DNA of 55,345 bases. It comes from Planctomycetota bacterium. Lineage in GTDB: Bacteria > Planctomycetota > UBA1135 > GCA-002686595. Location of the stretch: assembly GCA_039200205.1 (NCBI GenBank), contig JBCCSK010000001.1, forward strand, positions 1-55,345. The letters run 5' to 3'. The notes under the pieces are model-generated. The model made no database searches, was not told the DNA's origin, and saw nothing but the letters and a program-made list of their open reading frames with translations. This document shows, in pieces, positions 36,119 through 47,725 of the stretch. The translations under genes were made by a program, and so were the position numbers. Numbering within the stretch: position 1 is the stretch's first letter; every line of letters starts with the position of its first letter.

Positions 36119-37072
36119 TCACTGATCGCGCAGCGCGCGACGGATGTCGTCCATTCCGATCGTGAGGTCGACCGTGACCGATCGCTCGCCGGTGACGATC
36201 TTCAGCCCGTCGAGGAGGTCCATCACCTCGTCCGGCGCTTCGTCGAGAACGCCGCTGAGCTCGAGGAGCGACTGTGCGCCGCGAACGACGGAGGCGATGC
36301 TCTCCGACGACGCGTCCGAGTCGGTGGCGATCCGGAGCGCGGCGTTGAGCCCGCCCTTGGATTCGCGCACCTCGAGCGCGAGGCCGCGCGCACGCGACGC
36401 GAACGCCGAGGCCGGCGTCGCCGCGAGATTCTCGAGGAGGGACGGGCCCACCTCGGCGTAGACGAAACTGCCGGCGTTCGGCTTCGCGCGCAGCGCGGGG
36501 CGCCGCGCCGTGACGATCGAGGGTGCGTCGCCGAGCATCACTCTCGCGACGGCCGCAACTTCGGACGCGTCCTCACCGATCACGATCTCGCGCTCGCTGG
36601 ATCCCTCGACCCCGAGCACGAGCGCCCAGACCTGCTCGTCTTCGACGGTCCAGACCTCCAGGCCGAGGCCCTCGTGAGCCGCGACGCGCGCTTCGGGCAT
36701 CGCGCGCAGCCGATCGAGCGCGCCGTCGATCCGGTCCGTGGTCCGTACGATCGCCGCGCCGCCGCCGACGTCCCCCACGACCGTGACCGAAAGGACGTCG
36801 CGGAACGGATCGATGCCCCACGTCGACGCCAGGTCGTCGAGACCGGCCTCGTCTTCGAGCGCTGCGGAGAGTCCCACCGACGCGTCGATCGCGGACCAGA
36901 GGTCGCTCGCAAAGAGGCCCTGGAGGTCGACGTGCAGGACGAAGGCGGCGCCGTCGGGGACGACGTCGCGCGATAGCGATGCACGATCGTCGAGCGAGGC
37001 GGTCGCTTCCGCGGACTGGGGAACGAGGAACGCCGCGAGGGCGATGGCCGGCAATGCGTGGATGGTCTTCAT
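36119..37072 (-). CDS. Secreted hypothetical protein
   Basis: Signal peptide MKTIHALPAIALAAFLVPQSAEA; GGAG RBS-like sequence not required; strong GC3 bias; 'VPDGAAFVLHVDL...GIDPFRDV' alpha/beta pattern. Confidence 0.7.
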   Translation of the reverse strand: MKTIHALPAIALAAFLVPQSAEATASLDDRASLSRDVVPDGAAFVLHVDLQGLFASDLWSAIDASVGLSAALEDEAGLDDLASTWGIDPFRDVLSVTVVGDVGGGAAIVRTTDRIDGALDRLRAMPEARVAAHEGLGLEVWTVEDEQVWALVLGVEGSSEREIVIGEDASEVAAVARVMLGDAPSIVTARRPALRAKPNAGSFVYAEVGPSLLENLAATPASAFASRARGLALEVRESKGGLNAALRIATDSDASSESIASVVRGAQSLLELSGVLDEAPDEVMDLLDGLKIVTGERSVTVDLTIGMDDIRRALRDQ

Positions 37073-37266
37073 GGAGGGGAGATCTGGCCGTGGTCCTCGG
37101 CCCTCTACGCGGAGCCACCCGGTCCGTTTCCTGGGCTTGCCGATTTCGAGACGGCTCCGAGGGACGCACGCGAGCGCGGGCGCGGCGACCTCCCGATCTG
37201 GTCCGTTTCCGAGGCGGGCTCAAGACGGGCGACGGCGCGGACGAGGAGATCTTCGAGGTCACGAAG

Positions 37267-37932
37267 ATGAACATGAACGGACGGATCGCAGCGCTGGCCG
37301 TCGCCGCTACGCTGGGCGGCTGCTCCAGCAGCGTCGAAGCCACGATCGGATTCCAGGTCGTCGGCGCCACGCCGGGCGTCGTTCGCGCCGGTGATGTCGA
37401 CGTCGCCTGGATCGTCGCCGGCACCGGCTTCGCCGCAGGTGCAACCGTGTCGTTCGACGTGGCCGACGTGACGATCGAAGACGTCACGGTGGTCGGCCCG
37501 AACGAGATCACGTTCCTGCTCACCGCTCCGGCGACGCTGAACGCGGGGACGGCCCGGCTGACGGTCACCGGCCCCGAGCAGGAGTTCGACTCGATCACCG
37601 TCTCGACGTCGCCGGAGGACGTGACGCTCAGCGGTGCGGTCCAGCCGCTCTTCGACACCCACTGCGTCGGCTGTCACTCCGGACCGGTGCCGGGCGGAGC
37701 CCTCGACCTGTCCATTGGCCTCACGCACGGCTCGCTCGTCGGGGTCCAGTCGACGGGACTCCCGACCATGACGCTGGTCCAGCCCGGCAACGCCGACGCG
37801 AGCTACCTCATCGACAAGCTCAGCGGAACGCAGACCGTGGGTGCGCCGATGCCGCCGACGGGTCCGCGCCTCGAGCCGCACGAGATCGCGCTCGTCGTCC
37901 TGTGGATCGAAGCGGGAGCGCTCGACGACTGA
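37267..37932 (+). CDS. Lipoprotein with IPT/TIG-like domain and planctomycete-type cytochrome c domain
   Basis: Lipobox LGGC; 'GTGFAAGATVSF' IPT-like; 'VQPLFDTHCVGCH', 'VQPGNADASYL', 'MPP...WIEAGA'. Confidence 0.85.
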   Translation: MNMNGRIAALAVAATLGGCSSSVEATIGFQVVGATPGVVRAGDVDVAWIVAGTGFAAGATVSFDVADVTIEDVTVVGPNEITFLLTAPATLNAGTARLTVTGPEQEFDSITVSTSPEDVTLSGAVQPLFDTHCVGCHSGPVPGGALDLSIGLTHGSLVGVQSTGLPTMTLVQPGNADASYLIDKLSGTQTVGAPMPPTGPRLEPHEIALVVLWIEAGALDD

Positions 37933-38073
37933 TCGAGCTGTCGCGTCGCGGGGCATACCTCGCGACGACCTTGCGTTTCTCATACCGGAATCCAGCTCTC
38001 TCGCAGAGGCGCCCGAAGAGGGGCGTGAGGCTCGCACGACGCGGCCCGTGAGGCGCAGAGAGGGGATCGACAG

Positions 38074-39789
38074 ATGACAGCGAGAGAGACGGCCGAGAGG
38101 CCGAACGGCGCGCGCACGCGCCGTCCCGGACGCGTTGGAAGCGTCTTTCTGGCGGGAGCCGTGGCGTTCGCCGCAGCGTGCAGCAGCGGTGACGAGGACG
38201 CACCCGAGGGCCCCTGGTGGGAGCAGGCGGGACCGGGTCAGGACCTTCCGGTCGACGACCCCGACGCGGCGCGCTTCCTGACCCAGGCGACGTTCGGTCC
38301 GACCATGAGCGAGATGACCGGGCTGAACTTCGCGGGGTTCGACGCCTGGTTCGCGTACCAGCGCTCGCTCCCGCCGACGCAGCAGCGACCGCGTCTCCAG
38401 GCACGGGCCGCCGCCGGCCAGGACCTCTTCAAGAACCAGCGCCAGGAGGAGTGGTGGCGCGCGGTCGTCCGCGGCGAGGATCAGCTGCGCCAGCGCATGG
38501 CGTTCGCGCTGTCCGAGATCTTCGTGATCTCCGACGAGGCGGGCGCCCTGGGCAACCAGATCCTCGGCGTCGCCGAGTACTACGACATGCTCAGCCGGCA
38601 CGCCCTCGGGAACTACCGAGAGCTGCTGGAGGACGTGTCGAAGAGCCCCGCGATGGGCAGATACCTCAGCCACCTGGGGAACCGAAAGCTCGACCCGGAG
38701 ACGGGGATCCGCCCGGACGAGAACTACGCGCGCGAGATCATGCAGCTGTTCACGATCGGGCTGATCGAGCTGAACTCCGACGGCACGCCGCGGCTCGACA
38801 ATTCGATGCTGGAGATCCCGACGTACGATCAGACGGACATCGAGGAGCTCTCGCGCGTCATGACCGGCTGGACGTACGGCGGCGCGACGCGCTTCAACAA
38901 CGCGCAGGCGAACTTCCTTCGGCCGATGGAGCCGTGGGACGAGTTCCACGATGACGGCGCGAAGACGATCGTCGGCGACGCGCTGCTCGTCGCAGGCCTC
39001 ACGGCCGAGGAGGATCTCGACGCCGCGCTCGACGTGCTGTTCGAGCATCCGAACACCGGACCGTTCATCTCGCGGCGGCTGATCCAGCGGCTCGTGACGA
39101 GCAACCCGAGCCCGGAGTACATCCAGCGGGTCGCGACGGTCTTCGCGGACGACGGCGAAGGCGTCCGCGGCAACCTCTATGCCGTTGCGCGCGCCATTCT
39201 GATGGACGACGAAGCGCGGAGTGGGCACCTGACCTCACCGACGACCTTCGGGATGGTTCGCGAGCCGCTGGTCAGGCTCGCCGGGCTGTGGCGCTTCTTC
39301 AACGGCACCGCGCAGACGGGCAGGTTCCGGTACTCGAACCCCGAGAACGACTTCGAGCAGGCCGCGCTGCGGTCGCCGACGGTCTTCAACTTCTTCGAGC
39401 CCGACTACGCGCCGCCCGGCGAGGTCGCGGACGCGGGTCTCGTCGCGCCGGAGATGCAGATCACGACGCACACGTCGGTGACGAAGGTCGCGAACGAGTT
39501 CCGCGATCGGATCCTGAACGCGTACCCCGGACGCTCGAACAACACTGAGCACACGGTCGTGCTGAATCTCGACGACGAGCTCGCCCTCGCGGACGATCCG
39601 GCGGCGCTGATCGACCACCTCGACCTCTACCTGATGTCCGGGCAGATGTCGAACCAGATGCGCACCGCGCTCATCGACCACGTGACGAGCACGGAGCTCG
39701 ACGCTGGGAACAAAGCGGACGGCATGCAGCGCGTCCTCGACGCCATCTATCTCATCGTCACCTCGCCCGAGGGGGCGATTCAGCTCTGA
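38074..39789 (+). CDS. DUF1800 family lipoprotein
   Basis: AAAC lipobox; ARFLTQATFGP, DQLRQRMAFALSEIFVIS, PDENYAREIMQLFTIGL, LVTSNPSP and SPTVFNFF. Confidence 0.9.
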   Translation: MTARETAERPNGARTRRPGRVGSVFLAGAVAFAAACSSGDEDAPEGPWWEQAGPGQDLPVDDPDAARFLTQATFGPTMSEMTGLNFAGFDAWFAYQRSLPPTQQRPRLQARAAAGQDLFKNQRQEEWWRAVVRGEDQLRQRMAFALSEIFVISDEAGALGNQILGVAEYYDMLSRHALGNYRELLEDVSKSPAMGRYLSHLGNRKLDPETGIRPDENYAREIMQLFTIGLIELNSDGTPRLDNSMLEIPTYDQTDIEELSRVMTGWTYGGATRFNNAQANFLRPMEPWDEFHDDGAKTIVGDALLVAGLTAEEDLDAALDVLFEHPNTGPFISRRLIQRLVTSNPSPEYIQRVATVFADDGEGVRGNLYAVARAILMDDEARSGHLTSPTTFGMVREPLVRLAGLWRFFNGTAQTGRFRYSNPENDFEQAALRSPTVFNFFEPDYAPPGEVADAGLVAPEMQITTHTSVTKVANEFRDRILNAYPGRSNNTEHTVVLNLDDELALADDPAALIDHLDLYLMSGQMSNQMRTALIDHVTSTELDAGNKADGMQRVLDAIYLIVTSPEGAIQL

Positions 39790-39803
39790 GCGCAGGACGC
39801 AGC

Positions 39804-41177
39804 ATGAAGAACCGATTCCACAGCGCGCCGTCGCGCCGAGACTTCCTTCGCTGGACCGCCGGCGGTGCGATGACCGCATCGACCTTTGGCGCGCTCTCGA
39901 GCGCGCGCGCGCTCCACGCGGCGGCCCAGGGGACGCCGGACTACCGCGCGCTAGTCATCGTCTACCTGGCGGGCGGGAACGACAGCCACAACCTGATCGT
40001 CCCGACGAGCGCCACGGAGTACGCCGAGTACCTCGACTCGCGCCAGAACCTGGCCGTCGAGCAGAACGAGCTTCTCTCGATCACGCCTGCGACCTCCGAC
40101 GGGAAGACGTACGGTCTCCACCCGTCGGTTCCGGAGCTGCAGTCGCTCTTCGCGAGCGACGACCTCGCCTTCATCGCGAACGTGGGCAACCTGGTCGAAC
40201 CGATCACGAGGGCCCAGTACGACGCGAAGTCGAAGCCCGTCCCGCCGCGGCTGTTCTCGCACAACGACCAGCAGCAGCAGTCGATGCAGGTCGCGGCCGA
40301 TGCCGCCGTCGCCGTCGGCTGGGGAGGGGCGCTCTCGGATCGACTCGCTGCACTGAACGGCGTCACGTCGCTCAGTCCGAGCATCACGCTCTCCGGGGCG
40401 TCACCGCTGCTCGCGGGCGAGACGACCCAGCAGTACCACCTCGGCAAGAACGGCAGCGTTTCGCTCAGCGGCCTGACCGGCAACATCGGCGAAGCCAGGC
40501 GCTCCACGCTCGACCTCCTGCGCGGTCAGTCGCAGTCGCACGTCCTGCATCGCGAGTACGCGCGCATGCGAAACGAGTCGATCGAGCTCGACGAGCTGCT
40601 CTCGGGCGTGCTCGAGGCGGCTCCCGCCATCACCACGCCCTTCCCCGAGGAGGGGCGGATCAACGAGGAGATGGAGATGGTCGCGCGGATGATCCAGTCG
40701 CGCAGCACGCTCGGCATGGAGCGCCAGGTCTTCTTCGTCCGGATGGGCGGCTTCGACACGCACACGTCGCAGCTCGCGGATCAGCCCGTGCTGTTCGCCG
40801 ATCTCAGCGCGACCCTGGGAGCCTTCCAGAGCGCCATGGTCGAGATCGGAGCGGCGAACGAGGTCACGGTGGCCGTCGTCTCCGAGTTCGGCAGGACCCT
40901 CTCCAGCAACGGCCAGGGCAGCGACCACGGCTGGGGCGGGCACTTCATGGTGATGGGCGGCTCCGTCGCGGGTGGCGACATCTACGGGACGATGCCGAGC
41001 CTCGAGATCGGGGGCGCGGACGACGTCAGCAACAAGGGCCGGCTGATCCCGACGCAGTCGATGGAGCAGGTCGCGGCCACGCTCGCGCGATGGATGGGGA
41101 TCCCCGCGGGCCAGCTCTCGCAGATCTTCCCGAACCTCTCGAACTTCGGTTCGAGCGACCTCGGGTTCATGGCGTGA
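39804..41177 (+). CDS. DUF1501 family protein with Tat signal
   Basis: SRRDFL; YRALV..YLAGGNDS, LFSHNDQQ, GGFDTH and SEFGRTL..NG.GSDHGWG. Confidence 0.9.
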   Translation: MKNRFHSAPSRRDFLRWTAGGAMTASTFGALSSARALHAAAQGTPDYRALVIVYLAGGNDSHNLIVPTSATEYAEYLDSRQNLAVEQNELLSITPATSDGKTYGLHPSVPELQSLFASDDLAFIANVGNLVEPITRAQYDAKSKPVPPRLFSHNDQQQQSMQVAADAAVAVGWGGALSDRLAALNGVTSLSPSITLSGASPLLAGETTQQYHLGKNGSVSLSGLTGNIGEARRSTLDLLRGQSQSHVLHREYARMRNESIELDELLSGVLEAAPAITTPFPEEGRINEEMEMVARMIQSRSTLGMERQVFFVRMGGFDTHTSQLADQPVLFADLSATLGAFQSAMVEIGAANEVTVAVVSEFGRTLSSNGQGSDHGWGGHFMVMGGSVAGGDIYGTMPSLEIGGADDVSNKGRLIPTQSMEQVAATLARWMGIPAGQLSQIFPNLSNFGSSDLGFMA

Positions 41178-41257
41178 CGGCGGGGTGAGGCCCGGGCGCC
41201 ACAGCGGCGGCAAGAACGCTACGCTCTGTCGCCGCCCCCCGCGCCCGGCCCACCCCA

Positions 41258-43000
41258 ATGAATCTCGATCCCGTGTCGTCGGCCGAAGCCGACCCGGCAG
41301 GCGCGGACGGCGATAGCGTCCCGTCGCCGTTCGAAAGCGTTCCCGGAGCGCTCCGTGCCGCCCTCGTCCGGCGCGGGTTCAACGAGCTCAGCGAGGTCCA
41401 GGGGGCTGTCCTCGCCGCGGACGCCGGCGGATGCGACCTGCGCATCTCGTCGGAGACGGGGTCGGGCAAGACGGTCGCGCTCGGCTTCGTCGTCGCGCGA
41501 GTCCTGACCGAGGCGCGGACCAACCCCGGCCCCGACGTGCTCGTCGTCGTCCCGACGCGCGAGCTCGCGGCGCAGGTCTCCAGCGAACTCGAGTGGCTCT
41601 TCGCCGATCTGGAGGACGGTCGCGTCGCGTCGGTCACGGGCGGGACGCCGATCTTCCGCGACCTGTCCGTGCTGCGGTCGGACCCGCGCGTGCTGATCGG
41701 GACACCCGGTCGACTCGTCGATCACATCACGAACGAGAACCTCGACCTCGGGAGCGTGCGCGAGGTCGTTCTCGACGAGGCCGACCAGATGCTCGACATG
41801 GGCTTTCGGGAGGACCTCGAGACGATCCTCGACGCGACGCCGCCCGAGCGGCGCACGCACATGGTGTCGGCGACGTTCCCCGACGAGATCCAGCGACTGG
41901 CCGAGCGCTACCAGCGCGATCCCGTCCCGGTCGAGGGGACGGTCCTCGGCGAGGCGAACGAGAACATCGAGCACGTCGGCCACGTCGTGCAGCGACGCGA
42001 TCGCTACACGGCGCTGGTCAACCTCCTCCTCCTCGCGGGCGACGAGAGAACGCTCGTCTTCGTCGAGCGTCGATCCGATGCGCAGCAGGTCGCAACGATG
42101 CTCGCGGAGGACGGCTTCGCGGCCCTCCCGCTGAGCGGTGAGCTCGCGCAGAGCCAGCGCAACCACACGCTCGCCGCGTTTCGCTCGGGCCGTGCCAACG
42201 TCCTCGTCGCGACGGACGTCGCCGCCCGCGGGCTCGACGTCCCCGAGGTGACGACGGTGATCCACACGTCGCCGCCCATCGACCCGGAGGTCTATACGCA
42301 CCGAAGCGGACGGACGGGTCGCGCGGGTCGCCAGGGCCGCAGCCTATTGCTCGTGCCCCCGAACCGCCGGCGCCGGATGGAGCACCTCCTCCGCGACGCG
42401 AACGTCGAGATCCAGTGGCGGCCCTTGCCCGACGCCGCCTCGATCGAACGAGTTCTGGACGAGCGTTCGCGCGCGAAGCTCGACGCGCAGCTCGCCGATG
42501 CACTCGAGGCCGAGCCGCACCCCGCGCGGCTCGAGCACGCGCAGGCCCTGCTCGAGGGCCGCGACGCCGCGCACGTCGTAGCGACTCTCCTGACGCGTAT
42601 TGGCGAGAAGCGCGTCGCGCGTCCGCGTGACGTCGCGTCGTCGTCCGACGACGGAGGACGCGGCGCCCGCCGGGCCAGCCCGCGCGGCCCGGCGCCGGCC
42701 GAGCCCGGCATGGTTCGGTTCTTCATCAACTGGGGCGCGAACCGCGGAGCGAGCGCTGCCAAGGTCCTCGCCCAGGTCTGCCGTCGCGGCGGCATCGAGG
42801 GCACCGACGTCGGCTCGATCGCCGTGCACCCCAACGCGTCGACGTTCGACGTACGCGACGAGGTCGCCGCGGAGTTCGAGCGCAACGCGTCGGAGCCCGA
42901 CGCGCGCAACCCGCACACGTTCATTCGCCGCGATCGCGGCCCTGCAGCCCCCGGGAGGCGCCGGGGACGCCGCGGCGGCCGGCGACGCAGACGACGCTAG
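41258..43000 (+). CDS. DEAD-box RNA helicase with C-terminal DbpA-type RNA-binding domain
   Basis: TGSGKT, PTRELA, TPGR, DEAD, SAT, ARGLD and HRSGRTGRAG; C-terminal 'RFFINWG' domain and Arg-rich tail. Confidence 0.93.
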   Translation: MNLDPVSSAEADPAGADGDSVPSPFESVPGALRAALVRRGFNELSEVQGAVLAADAGGCDLRISSETGSGKTVALGFVVARVLTEARTNPGPDVLVVVPTRELAAQVSSELEWLFADLEDGRVASVTGGTPIFRDLSVLRSDPRVLIGTPGRLVDHITNENLDLGSVREVVLDEADQMLDMGFREDLETILDATPPERRTHMVSATFPDEIQRLAERYQRDPVPVEGTVLGEANENIEHVGHVVQRRDRYTALVNLLLLAGDERTLVFVERRSDAQQVATMLAEDGFAALPLSGELAQSQRNHTLAAFRSGRANVLVATDVAARGLDVPEVTTVIHTSPPIDPEVYTHRSGRTGRAGRQGRSLLLVPPNRRRRMEHLLRDANVEIQWRPLPDAASIERVLDERSRAKLDAQLADALEAEPHPARLEHAQALLEGRDAAHVVATLLTRIGEKRVARPRDVASSSDDGGRGARRASPRGPAPAEPGMVRFFINWGANRGASAAKVLAQVCRRGGIEGTDVGSIAVHPNASTFDVRDEVAAEFERNASEPDARNPHTFIRRDRGPAAPGRRRGRRGGRRRRRR

Positions 43001-43042
43001 CCTCCCCGACGCTAGCCCCCCTTCCCCCCAGCACGCCCCCCC

Positions 43043-44899
<1,857 letters not shown>

Positions 44900-44903
44900 T
44901 CCA

Positions 44904-45743
44904 TTGGCGCGCATCCTCGTCGCCGGCTGCGGAGACGTCGGCTCGGAGTTCGCGCGTCGCGCGATCGCCGAGGGGCACGTCGTGCATGGCCTGAGGCGCA
45001 GTGCGCGCCCCCTTCCCGAGGGCGTTCGCGGCCTGCGGGGCGATGTCGGTGACCCGGCCACCCTGCGCGATCTCCCGGCGGACCTCGACGCGGTCGTCTA
45101 CGCGGTCGCGGCGGACGAGCGATCGGACGCTGCGTACGAGCGGGCGTATCCCGTTGGGCTGCGCAACGTGCTGGAGGCCGTCCGCGCGCGCATCACGGCG
45201 GATCTCCGCGTCGTCTTCCTGTCTTCGACGGGCGTCTACGGGCAGACGGACGGATCGCGTGTCGACGAGTCGTCGCCGACCGAGCCGACGAGCTTCACGG
45301 GAACGCGGCTCGTCGAGGCCGAGCGGCTCCTGGCCGAACGACCCGTGCGCGGAACGAGCCTGCGGCTCGGTGGGATCTACGGACCGGGGCGCACCTACCT
45401 CGTCGACTCGGTGCGCGCGGGTCGCGCGACCTACCCCGAGGAAGGTCCGGGCTGGACGAACCGGATCCACCGCGATGACGCGGCGCGCGCGATCCTCTTC
45501 ACGCTGCGGCTCGACGATCCGCCGGCCGCGCTCAACGTCGTCGATCCGAATCCGACGCGGCGTCGCGAGGTCCTGGAGTGGCTGGCCGAGAGGATCGGCG
45601 CGCCGACGCCTGTGTCGGCGCCGGGCGCTGCGCGGGGGGGCGACAAGCGCGTGGACTCGTCCCGCCTGGAGACGCTGGGCTTCACGTTCGACCACCCGTC
45701 CTTTCGTGAGGGCTACGCGGAGCTGCTGAGCGAGCATGAGTGA
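44904..45743 (+). CDS. Atypical SDR / NAD-dependent epimerase-dehydratase
   Basis: AGCGDVG Rossmann motif, SSTGVYG, RLGGIYGPGR and TNRIHRDD; TTG start. Confidence 0.88.
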   Translation: MARILVAGCGDVGSEFARRAIAEGHVVHGLRRSARPLPEGVRGLRGDVGDPATLRDLPADLDAVVYAVAADERSDAAYERAYPVGLRNVLEAVRARITADLRVVFLSSTGVYGQTDGSRVDESSPTEPTSFTGTRLVEAERLLAERPVRGTSLRLGGIYGPGRTYLVDSVRAGRATYPEEGPGWTNRIHRDDAARAILFTLRLDDPPAALNVVDPNPTRRREVLEWLAERIGAPTPVSAPGAARGGDKRVDSSRLETLGFTFDHPSFREGYAELLSEHE

Positions 45744-45829
45744 CGCGATGTCGCGGCGACGTGGCTCCGACTTGGTGGCGCGTTCACCGCGTCTTCACGC
45801 GCCTCGCGAGAATGAGGGGCTGCCCAGCG

Positions 45830-47401
45830 ATGCTAGCCCTCTGCCTCACCCTCGCGCTGGCTCAGGATTCGATCACGCTCCAGCGGATCGTCGAGCCGAA
45901 CGCCGGAATCGAACAGCCCACGGATCTCGTCTGTCGGCCTGGCGACGATCGGATCTACGTCGTCGAGCGCGCAGGTCACGTCGAGGTCGTCGATCCGACG
46001 GGCGCGGTGACCTCGCGTTTCCTCGACCTGACGACACGCATCGAGTTCGACGGCGCCGTCGGCCTGCGCAGCCTCGCGTTCCATCCGGACTACGAGAGCA
46101 ACGGTCAGGTCTACGTCTGGTACGACGCGCCGAACGGAACGCCGGGAGTCGACGGCGTGCTCGCCCGCATGCTGCGCGATGTCTCGGCGCCCGATCGCGT
46201 CGATCCTGCGAGCCACGTCGAGCTGCTGCGCGTCCCGCAGGACGGGCGTAGCCACGGCGGCGGCGCTCTGCGGTTCGGCCCCGACGGAATGCTCTACCTC
46301 GGGATCGGCGACGGTCAGCCGGGCGGTGACCCCAACTGCCGCGCTCAGGACACGCGGAACCTCCTGGGGACGATGATCCGGATCGACGTGGACGGCGGGA
46401 TGCCGTACGCGATCCCAGTCGACAACCCGTTCCTGATCGTGCCGGGAGCGCGGCCCGAGATCATCCACTACGGCCTGCGCCACCCCTGGAAGTGGTGCTT
46501 CGACTCGAAGACGGGTGACCTCTGGATCGCCGACGTCGGCGAGGTCGAGCGCGAAGAGGTCAACTTCGTACGCGCCGGCGAGTTCGGCAAGAACTTCGGC
46601 TGGAGCGTGCTCGAGGGCACGACGTGCGCGGTGAAGCCGAGCTGCCCGGGAGAGCCGCCTTGCGCAGCAACCGGCTTGACGCCACCGGTCTTCGAGTACG
46701 AACACGCGCTGGGATGCTCGATCACCGGAGGCGTCGTCTACCGCGGCTCGCAGGTTCCCGACCTCTTCGGCGAGTACCTGTTCGTCGACTTCTGCAGCGG
46801 GCAGTTCTGGTCGGCGAAGCCGCCGGTGAACGGTGCGGCAGCCGTGACGCCGCGAGGCACGGCCACGTATCCCACGGGCGCGAACCTGACGCTCGCGGTC
46901 ACGCTCGCCGTCGACGGCAGCGGCGAGATCCTGGTCGCCGACTATCTCGACGGCGAGATCTATCGAGTCCTCCCGCCCTGCCTGATCGAGCCGCTCTGCA
47001 GGGGCGACCGCAACGCCAGCGGTGGCCGCGGTCGACTCGTGGCGTACGGCTCGACGAGCATCGCGAAGCAAGAGCTGACGTTCGAGCTCTCAGGGATCGC
47101 GCCGTCCGCGGCGAGCCTTCTGTTCTACGGGCCGGTCGCGACCTCGACGACGCTCGGCAACGGCACACTGTGCGTCGAGGCGGGGACGACCCCCGTGGTC
47201 CGCGCCGGCTTCGGTATCGCGGACGATGTCGGCCGCGCCGTGTTCGCAACTGACCTCGGTGCCACGCCCTTCGCCGCCGGTCCGTCGCGCGTGGAGCCCG
47301 GTTCGACGTGGTACTTCCAGGCGTGGTACCGCGACGTACGCGGCCCGCTGGGTGCGACATTCAACCTCTCGGGCGCGCTGCGGATCGTCTTCTGCCCGTA
47401 G
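45830..47401 (+). CDS. PQQ-dependent sugar dehydrogenase (GSDH) family secreted protein with shared C-terminal domain
   Basis: Signal peptide; LAFHPDY, HGGGALRFGPDGMLY, GLRHPW, ADVG..EREEV, NFGW and SITGG.VYRG; ends STWYFQAWYRD...FNLSGAL. Confidence 0.88.
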   Translation: MLALCLTLALAQDSITLQRIVEPNAGIEQPTDLVCRPGDDRIYVVERAGHVEVVDPTGAVTSRFLDLTTRIEFDGAVGLRSLAFHPDYESNGQVYVWYDAPNGTPGVDGVLARMLRDVSAPDRVDPASHVELLRVPQDGRSHGGGALRFGPDGMLYLGIGDGQPGGDPNCRAQDTRNLLGTMIRIDVDGGMPYAIPVDNPFLIVPGARPEIIHYGLRHPWKWCFDSKTGDLWIADVGEVEREEVNFVRAGEFGKNFGWSVLEGTTCAVKPSCPGEPPCAATGLTPPVFEYEHALGCSITGGVVYRGSQVPDLFGEYLFVDFCSGQFWSAKPPVNGAAAVTPRGTATYPTGANLTLAVTLAVDGSGEILVADYLDGEIYRVLPPCLIEPLCRGDRNASGGRGRLVAYGSTSIAKQELTFELSGIAPSAASLLFYGPVATSTTLGNGTLCVEAGTTPVVRAGFGIADDVGRAVFATDLGATPFAAGPSRVEPGSTWYFQAWYRDVRGPLGATFNLSGALRIVFCP

Positions 47402-47725
47402 CGCGTCTTCGCGCGGTCGAACCGAACGACTCGCGTCGACCGGGACGGCGATTGACGTTCAGAGTTCCGGGAACGGCGGATCAGTGGAACGTACGCGAGT
47501 CGGGATGCGTCCATAAGGAGCTTGCCGTCACTCTCCACTTCCCAGACGCAGCCATGAAAAACCGCATCGTCCGCTCGCGCATGGACCCCTTCTTCGTCGT
47601 CTCAGTCCTGTCCGACCAGTGCGGGGGCACCGAGACGACACGCGTCACCAGCGGCGCCTGAGACATCGTCCGAGTCGGGGCAGCGCAGACGATCGAAGCC
47701 GCCGAACCCCGGCGACCGTCGTTGA

